Part shown: in pieces, positions 18,508-28,300 of the stretch | Position numbering within the stretch: position 1 is the first letter of the stretch | How the letters are laid out: each line of letters starts with the position of its first letter | NCBI GenBank assembly: GCA_905234655.1 | Contig: CAJOJG010000008.1 | Span: 2,205-66,204 of the forward strand | Length of the DNA: 64,000 nt | Direction: 5' to 3' | Origin: an uncultured Bacteroidales bacterium | GTDB lineage: Bacteria; Bacteroidota; Bacteroidia; Bacteroidales; UBA3824 | Program-made: the position numbers and the translations under genes | The notes under the pieces: generated by a model | The model's database searches: none | Seen by the model: the letters and a program-made list of their open reading frames with translations, nothing else | Told to the model about the DNA's origin: nothing

Positions 18508-19947
18508 TTAGAAAGATGACTTAAAGCCGACACCGACATACGTGCCGCCCTGGATATTATGTGTCACAAACGCCGAAAGCACTCGGTCATAGTACGTTAC
18601 CAAGTCTACGCCAATCCCGAGCGCGCCGAGGAATGTGTCGCTCATGTCGTTCTTACAAAGCACATCGTCAGTCTTCGGCGTCGTGTAGCCCGCATTGGCA
18701 AACGCATTGAGGTACACGGCGTAATGAATCTTGTTGAACTTTTCGAGCGGCAGCCACTTGAGGTGGACAATATGCTGGCGTATGAGCTCAAACTTGTACG
18801 ACGACTTTACGTAACTTACACACCTGCCGGAAATCATGTTGTGTTCGTACCCGGGGACAATGTTGGGCTTATAGCCGATGGCCTCCATCAGGTAGAACGG
18901 CGTGGAGTAACTGCTCATGCTCCCGTAAAACTGCACCGCGAAATACTGGCGAGGAAAGAGCGGGATGTACTTCCGGGCATCGAGAGTGAGTTTGTAAGTG
19001 TCGATTGAATTGCTCAAGATTCCTTGCTTTTGGATTCGCGTCGAGAGCCACGAGCCGACCAACGGGTAATAACTTGAGTTGCGCTTGTCGAGCCGGAACT
19101 CGTATGACAGCACCAGGCCAGATATGTGGGTGCGTCCGCCGCCGAAGAAATTCGGGTTCAATATCGCCACAGAATCATGCACCGAAGTGGACTCGTAGCC
19201 TATGGAGAAAAGATTGGACATGTCGATAGTCGGCCTATGGCGGTATGAAATTTCATAACTATAACCATGCAGAGCCTTCGTCTCGTCCTCAAAATCACGG
19301 TATTTAGCCTTGTTGTCCTCGGTACGGAGCATGACGGTGTTCTGCCTTTGGATCGAGGTGTAGAAACTCAGTAAATGCTTGTGCTGCTTGTCGATGGCCA
19401 CATTGTCGTAGCTCAGTTGGATTACATTGTTAAATCCCACTCTGGCCATTATGCCCACGGACTGCCTGCGCCCGAGGAAGTTATACCGCTTTACGCCAAT
19501 CAGGAAGTCAATCATGCTAAAATCAGGGTTGGCGAACCACTCGTTGAGGTTTCCATTATGGGGCGTTACGTCGAACATCGGCCACGTGTACCAACACTCT
19601 TCGACATTGATGCTGACGGAGATGCTGTTAGTCCCGGCTTTGATAGAGTCGCCATACGTGTAGTAGTCAATGGTCACATAATTGAAAATCGAAGTTTTCT
19701 GAAGGTTGATGCGGCTCTTTTCCAAGACCTCGGGAAGGCGGCGGAACGACACAGTGTCGCCCTGCCCAAACTCCAGTTCGCACAATATGATTTTCTGCTT
19801 TGTCTTCTTGTTGCCTGTGATTTTAATGTCGTTAACCAGGCATATTGTGTCGCTGTTTTGGGCATACGCGCCGACGGTCGCCGTCATCATCACGGCGAAC
19901 ATGATGGCCGCTAAGGTAGCGGTGTATTTTCTGAATATGCCTGTCAT
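18508..19947 (-). CDS. Single-POTRA Omp85 (BamA/TamA)-like outer-membrane protein
   Basis: Signal peptide; IKITGNKKTKQKIILCEL POTRA start, VEECWYTWP, NFLGR, DKRNSSYYPLVG, C-terminal aromatic beta-strand ending in F. Confidence 0.75.
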   Translation of the reverse strand: MTGIFRKYTATLAAIMFAVMMTATVGAYAQNSDTICLVNDIKITGNKKTKQKIILCELEFGQGDTVSFRRLPEVLEKSRINLQKTSIFNYVTIDYYTYGDSIKAGTNSISVSINVEECWYTWPMFDVTPHNGNLNEWFANPDFSMIDFLIGVKRYNFLGRRQSVGIMARVGFNNVIQLSYDNVAIDKQHKHLLSFYTSIQRQNTVMLRTEDNKAKYRDFEDETKALHGYSYEISYRHRPTIDMSNLFSIGYESTSVHDSVAILNPNFFGGGRTHISGLVLSYEFRLDKRNSSYYPLVGSWLSTRIQKQGILSNSIDTYKLTLDARKYIPLFPRQYFAVQFYGSMSSYSTPFYLMEAIGYKPNIVPGYEHNMISGRCVSYVKSSYKFELIRQHIVHLKWLPLEKFNKIHYAVYLNAFANAGYTTPKTDDVLCKNDMSDTFLGALGIGVDLVTYYDRVLSAFVTHNIQGGTYVGVGFKSSF

Positions 19948-19980
19948 TTTTTTTGAGTGTTTGTTTTTGGTTACTTTTTG

Positions 19981-20742
19981 CTAAGCCGACTTCTCATCGG
20001 CAGCCCTGAATATCTTGCTCTTGTAAATCCCTGTCTTTGCCAAAAAATATTTCACCGATGTCGCCAAAACCCCGAGGCCATACTTGCAGCTCCGCCTGAA
20101 GTTAATCGAAGAAGCCTCCTTGAAATATTTTGTCGGGCATGTGATTTCGGCGATTTCGTACCCGGCGTAGAATATCTGCGCAATCATCTGGTTGTCAAAC
20201 ACAAAATCGTCGCTGTCGGCCTCCAGGTTCAACGCCCTGATGACCTCGGCGGAGAATGCGCGGTAGCCCGTGTGGTACTCGCTGAGCTTCTGGTTCATCA
20301 GGAAATTCTGTGTCAGGGTCAACATCCTGTTAGCCACATACTTGTACAGCGGCATTCCTCCCTTCCGCGCGCCCTTTCCAAGTATGCGTGAGGCTATCAC
20401 TACCGGGTACACGCCGTCTGCAATGGTGTAGCACATCGACCGAATCAGTTTTGGCGTGTACTGGTAGTCGGGGTGGAGCATTACCACGATGTCGCACCCG
20501 AGCTCCAACGCCTTTTTGTAACAAGTCTTTTGGTTTGCGCCGTAGCCCTTGTTAATCTCATGGATTGTGATGTGGCGTATGCCGAGCCTGCGCGCAAGCC
20601 CCGCCGTGTCGTCAGTGCTGTGGTCGTCGGTCAGGATAAGCTCGTCGACAATATCCTTCGGAATCTCCGCCACAGTCTGCGCCAGCGTCTGCTCGGCATT
20701 GTACGCCGGCATGACCACGCCTATCTTTTTGCCCTCTATCAT
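19981..20742 (-). CDS. GT2 glycosyltransferase (DPM1-like)
   Basis: VVMPAYNAE, LTDDHSTD, NKGYGANQK, HPDYQY, SEYHTGYRAFS; start MIEGKK overlaps the hisB stop (ATGA). Confidence 0.9.
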   Translation of the reverse strand: MIEGKKIGVVMPAYNAEQTLAQTVAEIPKDIVDELILTDDHSTDDTAGLARRLGIRHITIHEINKGYGANQKTCYKKALELGCDIVVMLHPDYQYTPKLIRSMCYTIADGVYPVVIASRILGKGARKGGMPLYKYVANRMLTLTQNFLMNQKLSEYHTGYRAFSAEVIRALNLEADSDDFVFDNQMIAQIFYAGYEIAEITCPTKYFKEASSINFRRSCKYGLGVLATSVKYFLAKTGIYKSKIFRAADEKSA

Positions 20743-21854
20743 AACGTGCCTTTGCTGCTTGGTATTGTCTGCAAGGTAAAATCGTAACTCAACGCCTGCT
20801 TGAGGCATTTGGCGAGTGCCTTGAAAGTCCCTTCGAGCTTGTGGTGCTCGTTGTCGCCCTCGGCGATGATGCTGAGGTTGCACTTGGCATTGTCGGCGAA
20901 GCTCTTGAAGAAATGGTAAATCATCTCCGTCGGGAAGTCGCCAATCTTCTCGCGCCGCCATTCTGCCTCCATCATCAGCCATGGCCTTCCGCCGAAGTCC
21001 ACCGCCACTTGCGCCAGGCAGTCGTCCATCGGCAGGACAAATGCGTATCGGTTGATGAGTTTGCGCTCGCGCCATAGTTTTTCGACAGCCGTTCCGAGCG
21101 CGATGGCTACGTCCTCGATCGTGTGGTGTTCATCGACCTCTATATCGCCCTTGCACGTCAGGTCAAGCCCGAAACACCCATGCACCGGCAACTGCATCAG
21201 CATGTGGTCGAAGAACTTGACCCCAGTGTCGACATGGCGGATTTCAGGATTGCCGGGGTAAATGGTCAGGTCAATCTTAGTCTCGGCGGTGTAGCGCGAG
21301 AGCGTGATTTTGTTGTTGTAGGAGATTATAGCGCGCTCCGCCTCCGTCCATTCTGCGGCGTACAGCAGGCAGTATGGGTCGAGTTCCTCGCCAAGTTTCT
21401 CCTCGCCAAGGTAGATGGCCTTGCAGCCGAGGTTTTTGGCGAGCATGACATCTGTCTTCCTGTCGCCGACGACGAGCGACTGCGACAGGTCGTAGTCCGG
21501 GTCGTCGATGTACTTATGCATCATGCCGGTGTTCGGCTTGCGGTTAGGGCTGTTGTCGGACTCGAATGACGGGTCTATAAGCACGTCGTCAAACTCCACG
21601 CCCACGCTTTTCAACGCCTGAACCATGAGGTTTTGGTACGGCCAAAAGTCCTTCTCGGGGAACGAGTCCGTGCCAAGTCCGTCCTGATTGGACGCCATGA
21701 CAAACTCGAAGTCGGTGTACTTGCGGATTTTGGACAGCGAGGTCAATGCGCCGTCCACAAACGCAAATTTCTCCAACTTGTCTATCTGGTAGTCGACCGG
21801 CGGCTCGGCGAGTATTGTGCCGTCGCGGTCGATGAATAATATCCTTTTTTTCAT
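20739..21854 (-). CDS. hisB: Bifunctional histidinol-phosphatase / imidazoleglycerol-phosphate dehydratase
   Basis: HAD motif FIDRDGT, SNQDGLG, RKP, VGDRKTD; IGPD motifs FFDHML, DEHHTIED, NEHHKLEG, PSSKG. Start could alternatively be 21881. Confidence 0.95.
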   Translation of the reverse strand: MKKRILFIDRDGTILAEPPVDYQIDKLEKFAFVDGALTSLSKIRKYTDFEFVMASNQDGLGTDSFPEKDFWPYQNLMVQALKSVGVEFDDVLIDPSFESDNSPNRKPNTGMMHKYIDDPDYDLSQSLVVGDRKTDVMLAKNLGCKAIYLGEEKLGEELDPYCLLYAAEWTEAERAIISYNNKITLSRYTAETKIDLTIYPGNPEIRHVDTGVKFFDHMLMQLPVHGCFGLDLTCKGDIEVDEHHTIEDVAIALGTAVEKLWRERKLINRYAFVLPMDDCLAQVAVDFGGRPWLMMEAEWRREKIGDFPTEMIYHFFKSFADNAKCNLSIIAEGDNEHHKLEGTFKALAKCLKQALSYDFTLQTIPSSKGTL

Positions 21855-21861
21855 TGTCGCT

Positions 21862-23349
21862 TTATTTAATTCGTTTTCCATTGTAGAATTTCACGATGAA
21901 AGCGTCGTTATAACCCTTCGAGCGGACGACCTTGAGTGTCTGCTGACATTCCGCCTCGTTCTTGAAGCTACCGGCGGTGTACTTGTAGGTATTATTGTCG
22001 GTGTAAAAGTCGACACCGCTTATGCCGTTGAACTCTTTTGCGCCGGCAGGGAGTTTTTTCCAGCTGACGAGGAACTGCACCTTATATACAGTGTCCTTCG
22101 TGAATGTAATCGGCTTGTCGGGCATGGTGGTCTTCGTAGCCGCCGCTGTAGACGGCGCGTTCGGGTCTTTCCTGACGCACGACATCAGCACAGACTCGTT
22201 GAGCTGGGAGGCATAGCCAATCTGGAACGGCAGCGGGTCGCAGCCCTCCAACGCTTCCTTGAGGTCGTCCTGCCTGAATATCGAGAAGACTTTCAACGGT
22301 CTTGTGTACGTGCCGTAAAGCTTTACGTCATAATCCTTTATCAACCTTCCGTATGCCAAGCCCGACTCGTCCTGGAGAATCCTGTCGAACTGGTCAAGGA
22401 CAAGTTTCCTTATAACGCCAAACTCTACGCTCTGCATAAGGTATGACGCTGATTTCATGTAGCATATCTTGTTCTTAATGGAGTTCAGGAAGAACGGGAA
22501 CTCCATCTGGCCTTTCATCATCTGGTCGGAAAGATCCATGCGGAGGTACTTAATAGAGCGCGTGCGCGGGTCGCCGGGCTTACGGAACGTCAGCTCCCAG
22601 CCGTAGGGATGCTTTTGGGGCTTTCCGTCCGAAGTCTGCACCTCGCCATGGTCGTCGATGAAGATATTCCTATGGGAGGTGATTATGCAGTCGTTCATGG
22701 CGAGGGTATAAAGCACGACGTGGATCGTTCCGTCCATGTTCTTGTTGCGGAAGTTGGCAAGCATGTGGCTTGCTACGAAGAACCCGTACTTATTGACATA
22801 CCTCATCGAATATGCCAACGAGTCGAGGTACTGACGGCGTTCAAGGTCTGTGAGCTGGTCGGGCTGGCAGAGGTCGCCCGGATTCTCAAGTCCCATGAGC
22901 ACATAGTCCTTCTCATTGGGGAAGAACGTCATCGCAAAAATCATGTCCGGGCCGCCAAACGGGTACACCAAGCATGTCGTGTCGTTGTGGAAGTCCGGGA
23001 TGTTGGACTTGCACCACGACGCGACTGGGTCAAGGGTGCGCCGCCTCAACTCGTTCCACGTAGCCTGGGAGGACGACGAATAACTTACATAATGCTCCGA
23101 CTTCTGTAGGTCGGCGTAGCGGTCGTCGGACTTTCCGGCGAGGTAGCGCGCAAGGTCATTGGCCTCGCTCGCCGTGCCTTCCTGCTGGTTGAGGTACACG
23201 CCGCCGCCTTCGTTAGCCGCCACAGTATCGCCGTAGGTTATCACTGTGGGCTCGTTTGGATTGGCCTGTGGCACTTTGCCGCCGTTGTCGCTGCAACCCA
23301 TGGCAATGGCGGCCGACATTACCAAAGGTGTCAATATCTGGAATTTCAT
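21862..23349 (-). CDS. Lipoprotein: uncharacterised central domain plus C-terminal SPOR-like domain
   Basis: Lipobox AMG-C; C-terminal YKVQF...YKYTAGSF..EAEC...VRSKGYNDAFIVKFYNGKRI typical of Bacteroidota SPOR-like tails; TACTTTTG box at 23371-23378. Confidence 0.65.
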   Translation of the reverse strand: MKFQILTPLVMSAAIAMGCSDNGGKVPQANPNEPTVITYGDTVAANEGGGVYLNQQEGTASEANDLARYLAGKSDDRYADLQKSEHYVSYSSSSQATWNELRRRTLDPVASWCKSNIPDFHNDTTCLVYPFGGPDMIFAMTFFPNEKDYVLMGLENPGDLCQPDQLTDLERRQYLDSLAYSMRYVNKYGFFVASHMLANFRNKNMDGTIHVVLYTLAMNDCIITSHRNIFIDDHGEVQTSDGKPQKHPYGWELTFRKPGDPRTRSIKYLRMDLSDQMMKGQMEFPFFLNSIKNKICYMKSASYLMQSVEFGVIRKLVLDQFDRILQDESGLAYGRLIKDYDVKLYGTYTRPLKVFSIFRQDDLKEALEGCDPLPFQIGYASQLNESVLMSCVRKDPNAPSTAAATKTTMPDKPITFTKDTVYKVQFLVSWKKLPAGAKEFNGISGVDFYTDNNTYKYTAGSFKNEAECQQTLKVVRSKGYNDAFIVKFYNGKRIK

Positions 23350-23439
23350 AATATTAAAAGTTTTTGATTGCAAAAGTAGTCAAAAAAATCAATAATTTTG
23401 CACATTCAGGGATTATTTATAATTGTATGAAAATTTAAC

Positions 23440-24405
23440 ATGAAATTATTTCTGGCATTATCACTTCAAATCTTGTCCTGCTGCGTCGCAATGGCACAGA
23501 TAGGCGGTGAAGCGACATACTCGTTCCTTAACCTGACCACCTCGAGCGACTACGCCTCTATGGGTGGCGCGTGTCCCTCGATAGATGTCAAGGGCGTCAA
23601 TTCCGTGACCGCCAACCCGGCTCTCGTGGACACGTGCGACAACCGCTACGCCGCGCTCAACATGGTTTCGTACATCGCCGACATCGGGTGCGGCTCGGCA
23701 TTCTACGGAGGGAGAATAGGGCGGTGCATGGTCAGCGGCGGCGCGGAGATGGTCGATTATGGCGAGTTCACGCTCACCGACGAGGCCGCCAACGACCTCG
23801 GTACTTTCACATGCCGCGACTACATGCTGCTCGCGTCGGTTTCGCGTGGCGTTTGGGACGGAATACCGCTGGACGCCGGAGTGTCGCTCAAGACAATAAT
23901 CTCTTCCATGGAGACCTACCACTCCGTCGGCATGGCGTTTGACTTCGGACTGAGGTATTATTTTGAGGGCCAGAAGATTACAGTGGCGCTCGCCGCGCTT
24001 GACCTCGGGTGGCAGCTGACGACATATTCAGGCAGTGAACGTGAAAGGCTGCCCGCCGACCTGCGCATCGGCATCAGCAAGCAGCTCCTTCACGCGCCTT
24101 TGAGGTTTTCGCTGACCGCCCACAGCCTCCAGCATCCCAAACTTGACGACAGTTTCGGGCGGTCGTTTGTCCACCATCTTATTTTCACCGCCGAACTGTT
24201 CCCCGAGGGCGTAGTGTCGCTGCGCACTGGCTTTAATGCAATGGCGCACAACGACCTCTATGTAAGCGACGGAACGGTATTCCCCGGCTTTTCTTTCGGT
24301 ATCGATGTGCGCCTTAAGCGTTTCTCAGTCCAATATTCCCGACAGTGCGTCTCTCCGGCAGCATCTGCCAACATGTTCACCGTCGAAGTGGCGGTAAGGA
24401 GGTAG
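23440..24405 (+). CDS. porQ: Type IX secretion system PorQ-like beta-barrel
   Basis: AQIGGEATYSFLNL..S...SMGG, NPAL, YIADI, DYGEF, AFDFG, ERLPADLRIGISKQLLHAPLRFSLT. Confidence 0.7.
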   Translation: MKLFLALSLQILSCCVAMAQIGGEATYSFLNLTTSSDYASMGGACPSIDVKGVNSVTANPALVDTCDNRYAALNMVSYIADIGCGSAFYGGRIGRCMVSGGAEMVDYGEFTLTDEAANDLGTFTCRDYMLLASVSRGVWDGIPLDAGVSLKTIISSMETYHSVGMAFDFGLRYYFEGQKITVALAALDLGWQLTTYSGSERERLPADLRIGISKQLLHAPLRFSLTAHSLQHPKLDDSFGRSFVHHLIFTAELFPEGVVSLRTGFNAMAHNDLYVSDGTVFPGFSFGIDVRLKRFSVQYSRQCVSPAASANMFTVEVAVRR

Positions 24406-24416
24406 GGAGTCAGTTT

Positions 24417-24761
24417 TTAGCGTATGAAATTCATGAAAGTCGTCTGCTCGCGCTTAGGCGGTTTGGCAGTGCCGGTGGTGAACTGCTGGAGCATGTAGGC
24501 GAGTTGGAAAATCTCGCTCTCGATGCTGTACTTTTTGAGTTGGGACGCTATTTCGGAGAGCAGGGTGAATGTGTTGCCCGCGCGCCGCGGACTGCCGTTT
24601 AGCAATAACACTTTAAGCGGTCGTCCAAGTTGGGCAGCCACGGTCTCGGCGCATGATGCCAATGCTCCCACGCCCGACATGCTTATCGCTGCTGTTGCCG
24701 CCACCATGCCCATTTTCTTGACGGCATCTCGGCGCGTGATGTTGTTTGATTGTTTGTTCAT
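24417..24761 (-). pseudogene. Tat-exported flavodoxin-fold (NADPH-FMN reductase / iron-sulfur flavoprotein) gene with large in-frame internal deletion
   Basis: Twin-Arg ITRRDAVK, N-terminal KVLLLNGSPRRAGNT and family-typical C-terminus ..P.RE...MNFIR are joined after only 87 aa; the central Cys cluster and FMN-binding core are absent. Confidence 0.7.
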
Positions 24762-24846
24762 GATATAAGAGGTGTTTTGGGGGCAAAAGTAAGGAAAAAT
24801 TTTTGAGAAAGCAAAAGAATTGCTATATTTGCAAAAAATTGCAGAG

Positions 24847-25125
24847 ATGAATATTCAGGAAACCATAAAAACGGATTCGTACCTTCATGCAAATACTGCC
24901 GAGGCATTGGATTTTGTGAGGCAACGTCGGCAACCCGTCATCATAACTCAGAATGGCGATGTCAGTGCGGTGTTGATAGACTTGGAATCATACCAGAGTA
25001 TGAAAGATGCAATCAACATGCTCAGACTCATCAAATTTTCGGAAAGCGACATAGCAAAGGGCAATTACAAGCCTGCCGAGGATTTTTTTTCAAGTCTCAA
25101 GGCAAGATACGGAATAAATGGCTGA
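24847..25125 (+). CDS. Phd/YefM-family type II antitoxin (orphan)
   Basis: MNIQETIK...RQPVIITQNG..SAVLIDLESYQSM...SESDIAKG; TATATTTG at 24824-24831. Confidence 0.85.
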   Translation: MNIQETIKTDSYLHANTAEALDFVRQRRQPVIITQNGDVSAVLIDLESYQSMKDAINMLRLIKFSESDIAKGNYKPAEDFFSSLKARYGING

Positions 25126-25308
25126 AATAAAAACACCCGTTCAAAGTCACCCCAACTTTACATTTTACGACAAAACCCTCACGACCGATAAGTAATCCAC
25201 GTACCCAAGGCACTGGGATTTTAAGATTTTCCGTTATTGCACGGCATGGATTGTCGTCGTAACTTTGCAGCGTAAACAGAAACGACAAACATAACAATCA
25301 AAACTGCT

Positions 25309-28300
25309 ATGCAAACGACATTTCCAAATCCCCAGGGGCTTTACAATCCCGAAAACGAGCACGACGCCTGCGGCGTGGGCATGGTGGTCAATATCCACGG
25401 CAACAAGTCGCACGAACTTGTTGACAATGCCCTCAAGGTCCTCGAAAACATGCGCCATCGCGGCGCGGAGGGCTCCGACGGAAAGACCGGCGACGGCGCG
25501 GGGATTTTGTTGCAGATTCCGCACGAGTTCATACTCCTGCAAGGAATCCCAGTGCCGGAAAAAGGCAAATACGGAACCGGACTCGTATTCCTGCCGGGGG
25601 ACACGGCGCGACAAGACGCTATCCTGCAAGTGTTCATCGAGGAAATCGAGCGCGTCGGGCTGACGCTCATGCACCTGCGCACAGTCCCCGTCAACTCCGA
25701 ATGCCTTGGCGACGGCGCACGAGAGACCGAGCCGGACATCAGGCAAATCTTCATCACCGGCATCTCCGACGACCGGCTCCCGGAGTTCGAGTCGATGCTC
25801 TACCGAATCCGTAAACGCGTCGAAAACCGCATTAAGGACAACGACTTCTATATCGTCTCGCTCTCCAGCAAGTCGATTATTTTCAAAGGAATGTTGACCT
25901 CCATGCAACTCCGCGAGTATTTCCTCGACCTCAATAACGAGTACTTCACGTCAGGTCTCGCTCTCGTCCATTCAAGGTTCTCGACAAACACATTCCCCGA
26001 GTGGAAACTCGCACAGCCATTCCGAATGTTGTGCCACAACGGCGAGATAAACACCATACGAGGCAACCGCAACTGGATGAAAGCCCGCGAGTCCGTACTC
26101 TCGTCCGGCAAACTCGGCGACGTGAAGGACATCCGCCCTATTTGCACACCAGGAATGTCAGACTCAGCGTCATTGGACAACGTATTTGAATTTTTCGTGA
26201 TGTCGGGCATGTCGCTGCCACACGCGATGTCGATCCTCGTCCCCGAATCCTTCAACGACAAGAACCCAATCAGCGACGAGTTGAAGGCTTTTTACGAGTA
26301 CCACTCAATCCTCATGGAGCCGTGGGACGGGCCGGCGGCATTGTTGTTCAGCGACGGAAGGTTTGCGGGCGGAATGTTGGACAGAAACGGACTTAGGCCG
26401 TCGCGCTATGTCATCACAAACAACGACATGATGGTCGTAGCGTCAGAGACCGGCGTGATGGACTTCGAGCCGACGGCGATTAAGCAGAAAGGCCGCCTCC
26501 AGCCCGGCAAAATCATAATGATTGACACCCAGGAGGGCAAAATCTACTACGACGGCGACCTCAAGGCACAACTCGCCGCCGAGCATCCATATAAAAAGTG
26601 GCTTAACACGAACCGCATCCAGCTCGAAAACCTCAAGTCCGGGCGCAAAGTCGTGAACGCGGTAGACGATTTTGAGCGCAAACTCATCAACTTCGGCTAC
26701 TCGACAGAGGACGTGGAGCGCACAATAATCCCAATGTGCACAAACGGCGCGGAGCCTGTGGCGGCTATGGGCAACGACACTCCATTAGCCGTAATCTCCG
26801 ACCGTCCGCAGATTTTCTTCAACTATTTCCGCCAGCAGTTTGCGCAGGTCACAAACCCCGCCATCGACCCGATACGCGAGGAACTCGTCATGTCGCTCAC
26901 GGAATATATCGGCTCGGTCGGCACAGACATATTGACCCCCGACGAGTCCAACTGCAAGATGGTGCGCCTACCTCACCCTGTCCTTAACAACACAAGGCTC
27001 GACATCCTCTGCAATATCCGTTACAAGGGCTTCAACACCACAAAACTCCCGCTCCTCTACGACCCGGCTAAGGGCGAGACCGCGCTTAAGAACGCACTCG
27101 ACGACCTTTGTAAGAAGGCAGAGGAATCCGTCGAGAATGGCATTAACTACATAATCCTCACCGACCGCGACCTTGACAAGTCAAAAGCCGTCATCCCGTC
27201 GCTCTTGGCAGTGTCGGCTGTCCACCATTACCTCATCAGCGTCGGCAAGCGTGTCCAGACCGCGCTCATCGTCGAGTCGGGCGAAATCCGCGAAGTCATG
27301 CACGCAGCATTGCTGTTGGGCTACGGCGCATCGGCAATATGCCCGTACATGACGTTTGCGGTAATCGACGACCTCGTTACACGCCACAAAATCCAGGAGG
27401 ACTACGAGACCGCCGAGAAAAACTACATCAAAGCCGTCTGCAAAGGCTTGTTCAAGATAATGTCGAAGATGGGCATCTCCACAATCCGCTCGTACCGTGG
27501 CGCGAAGATTTTCGAGTCTATCGGATTGGGCGAGGACTTGCTGAGGACATATTTTGGAACGGAAACCTCCACAATCGGCGGCATAGGACTCCGCCACATC
27601 GCCGCCGACGCAAAGGCTCTCCACGAACAGGCTTACGGGCCAGTGGACACGCCGGAGTTCCCTGGCAATCCCGGTCTGTTCTCCTTCCGCAAGGACGGAA
27701 TAACACACGCCTGGGCTCCCGAAACTATCGCAACTCTCCAAATTGCCACACGCACTGGCAGTTATGACAAATACAAGCAATTCACATCTCTCGTCGACAA
27801 CAAGCCGAAGCCGATTTTTATCCGTGACTTCATGGATTTCGAGACTGGCAAACGCGCCATCCCAGTTGACGAGGTAGAGCCGGTGGAAAACATCGTAAAG
27901 CACTTTGTCACAGGCGCAATGTCATTCGGCGCATTGTCCATAGAGGCGCACGAGGCTATCGCGCTGGCGATGAACCGGCTCGGCACGCGCTCGAACACCG
28001 GCGAGGGCGGCGAGGACAACAAACGCTACCATGAGACCGTCGACGGCGTTTCGTTGGCTTCAAAGACAAAACAAATCGCTTCCGGCCGTTTCGGTGTCAC
28101 TGCCGAATACCTCGTCAACGGCGAGGAAATCCAAATCAAGGTCGCACAAGGCGCAAAACCCGGCGAGGGCGGTCAGTTGCCCGGCTTCAAGGTCAACGAA
28201 ATCATCGCAAAGACCCGCAACTCGATTCCTGGAATCTCGCTCATCTCGCCGCCGCCGCACCACGACATCTACTCCATCGAGGACTTGGCGCAGTTGATTT

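Noticed and set aside
20743-21075. 110-aa N-terminal extension of the GT2 ORF overlapping hisB
   Set aside because: Alternate-frame read-through inside hisB; the real start MIEGKK overlaps the hisB stop.
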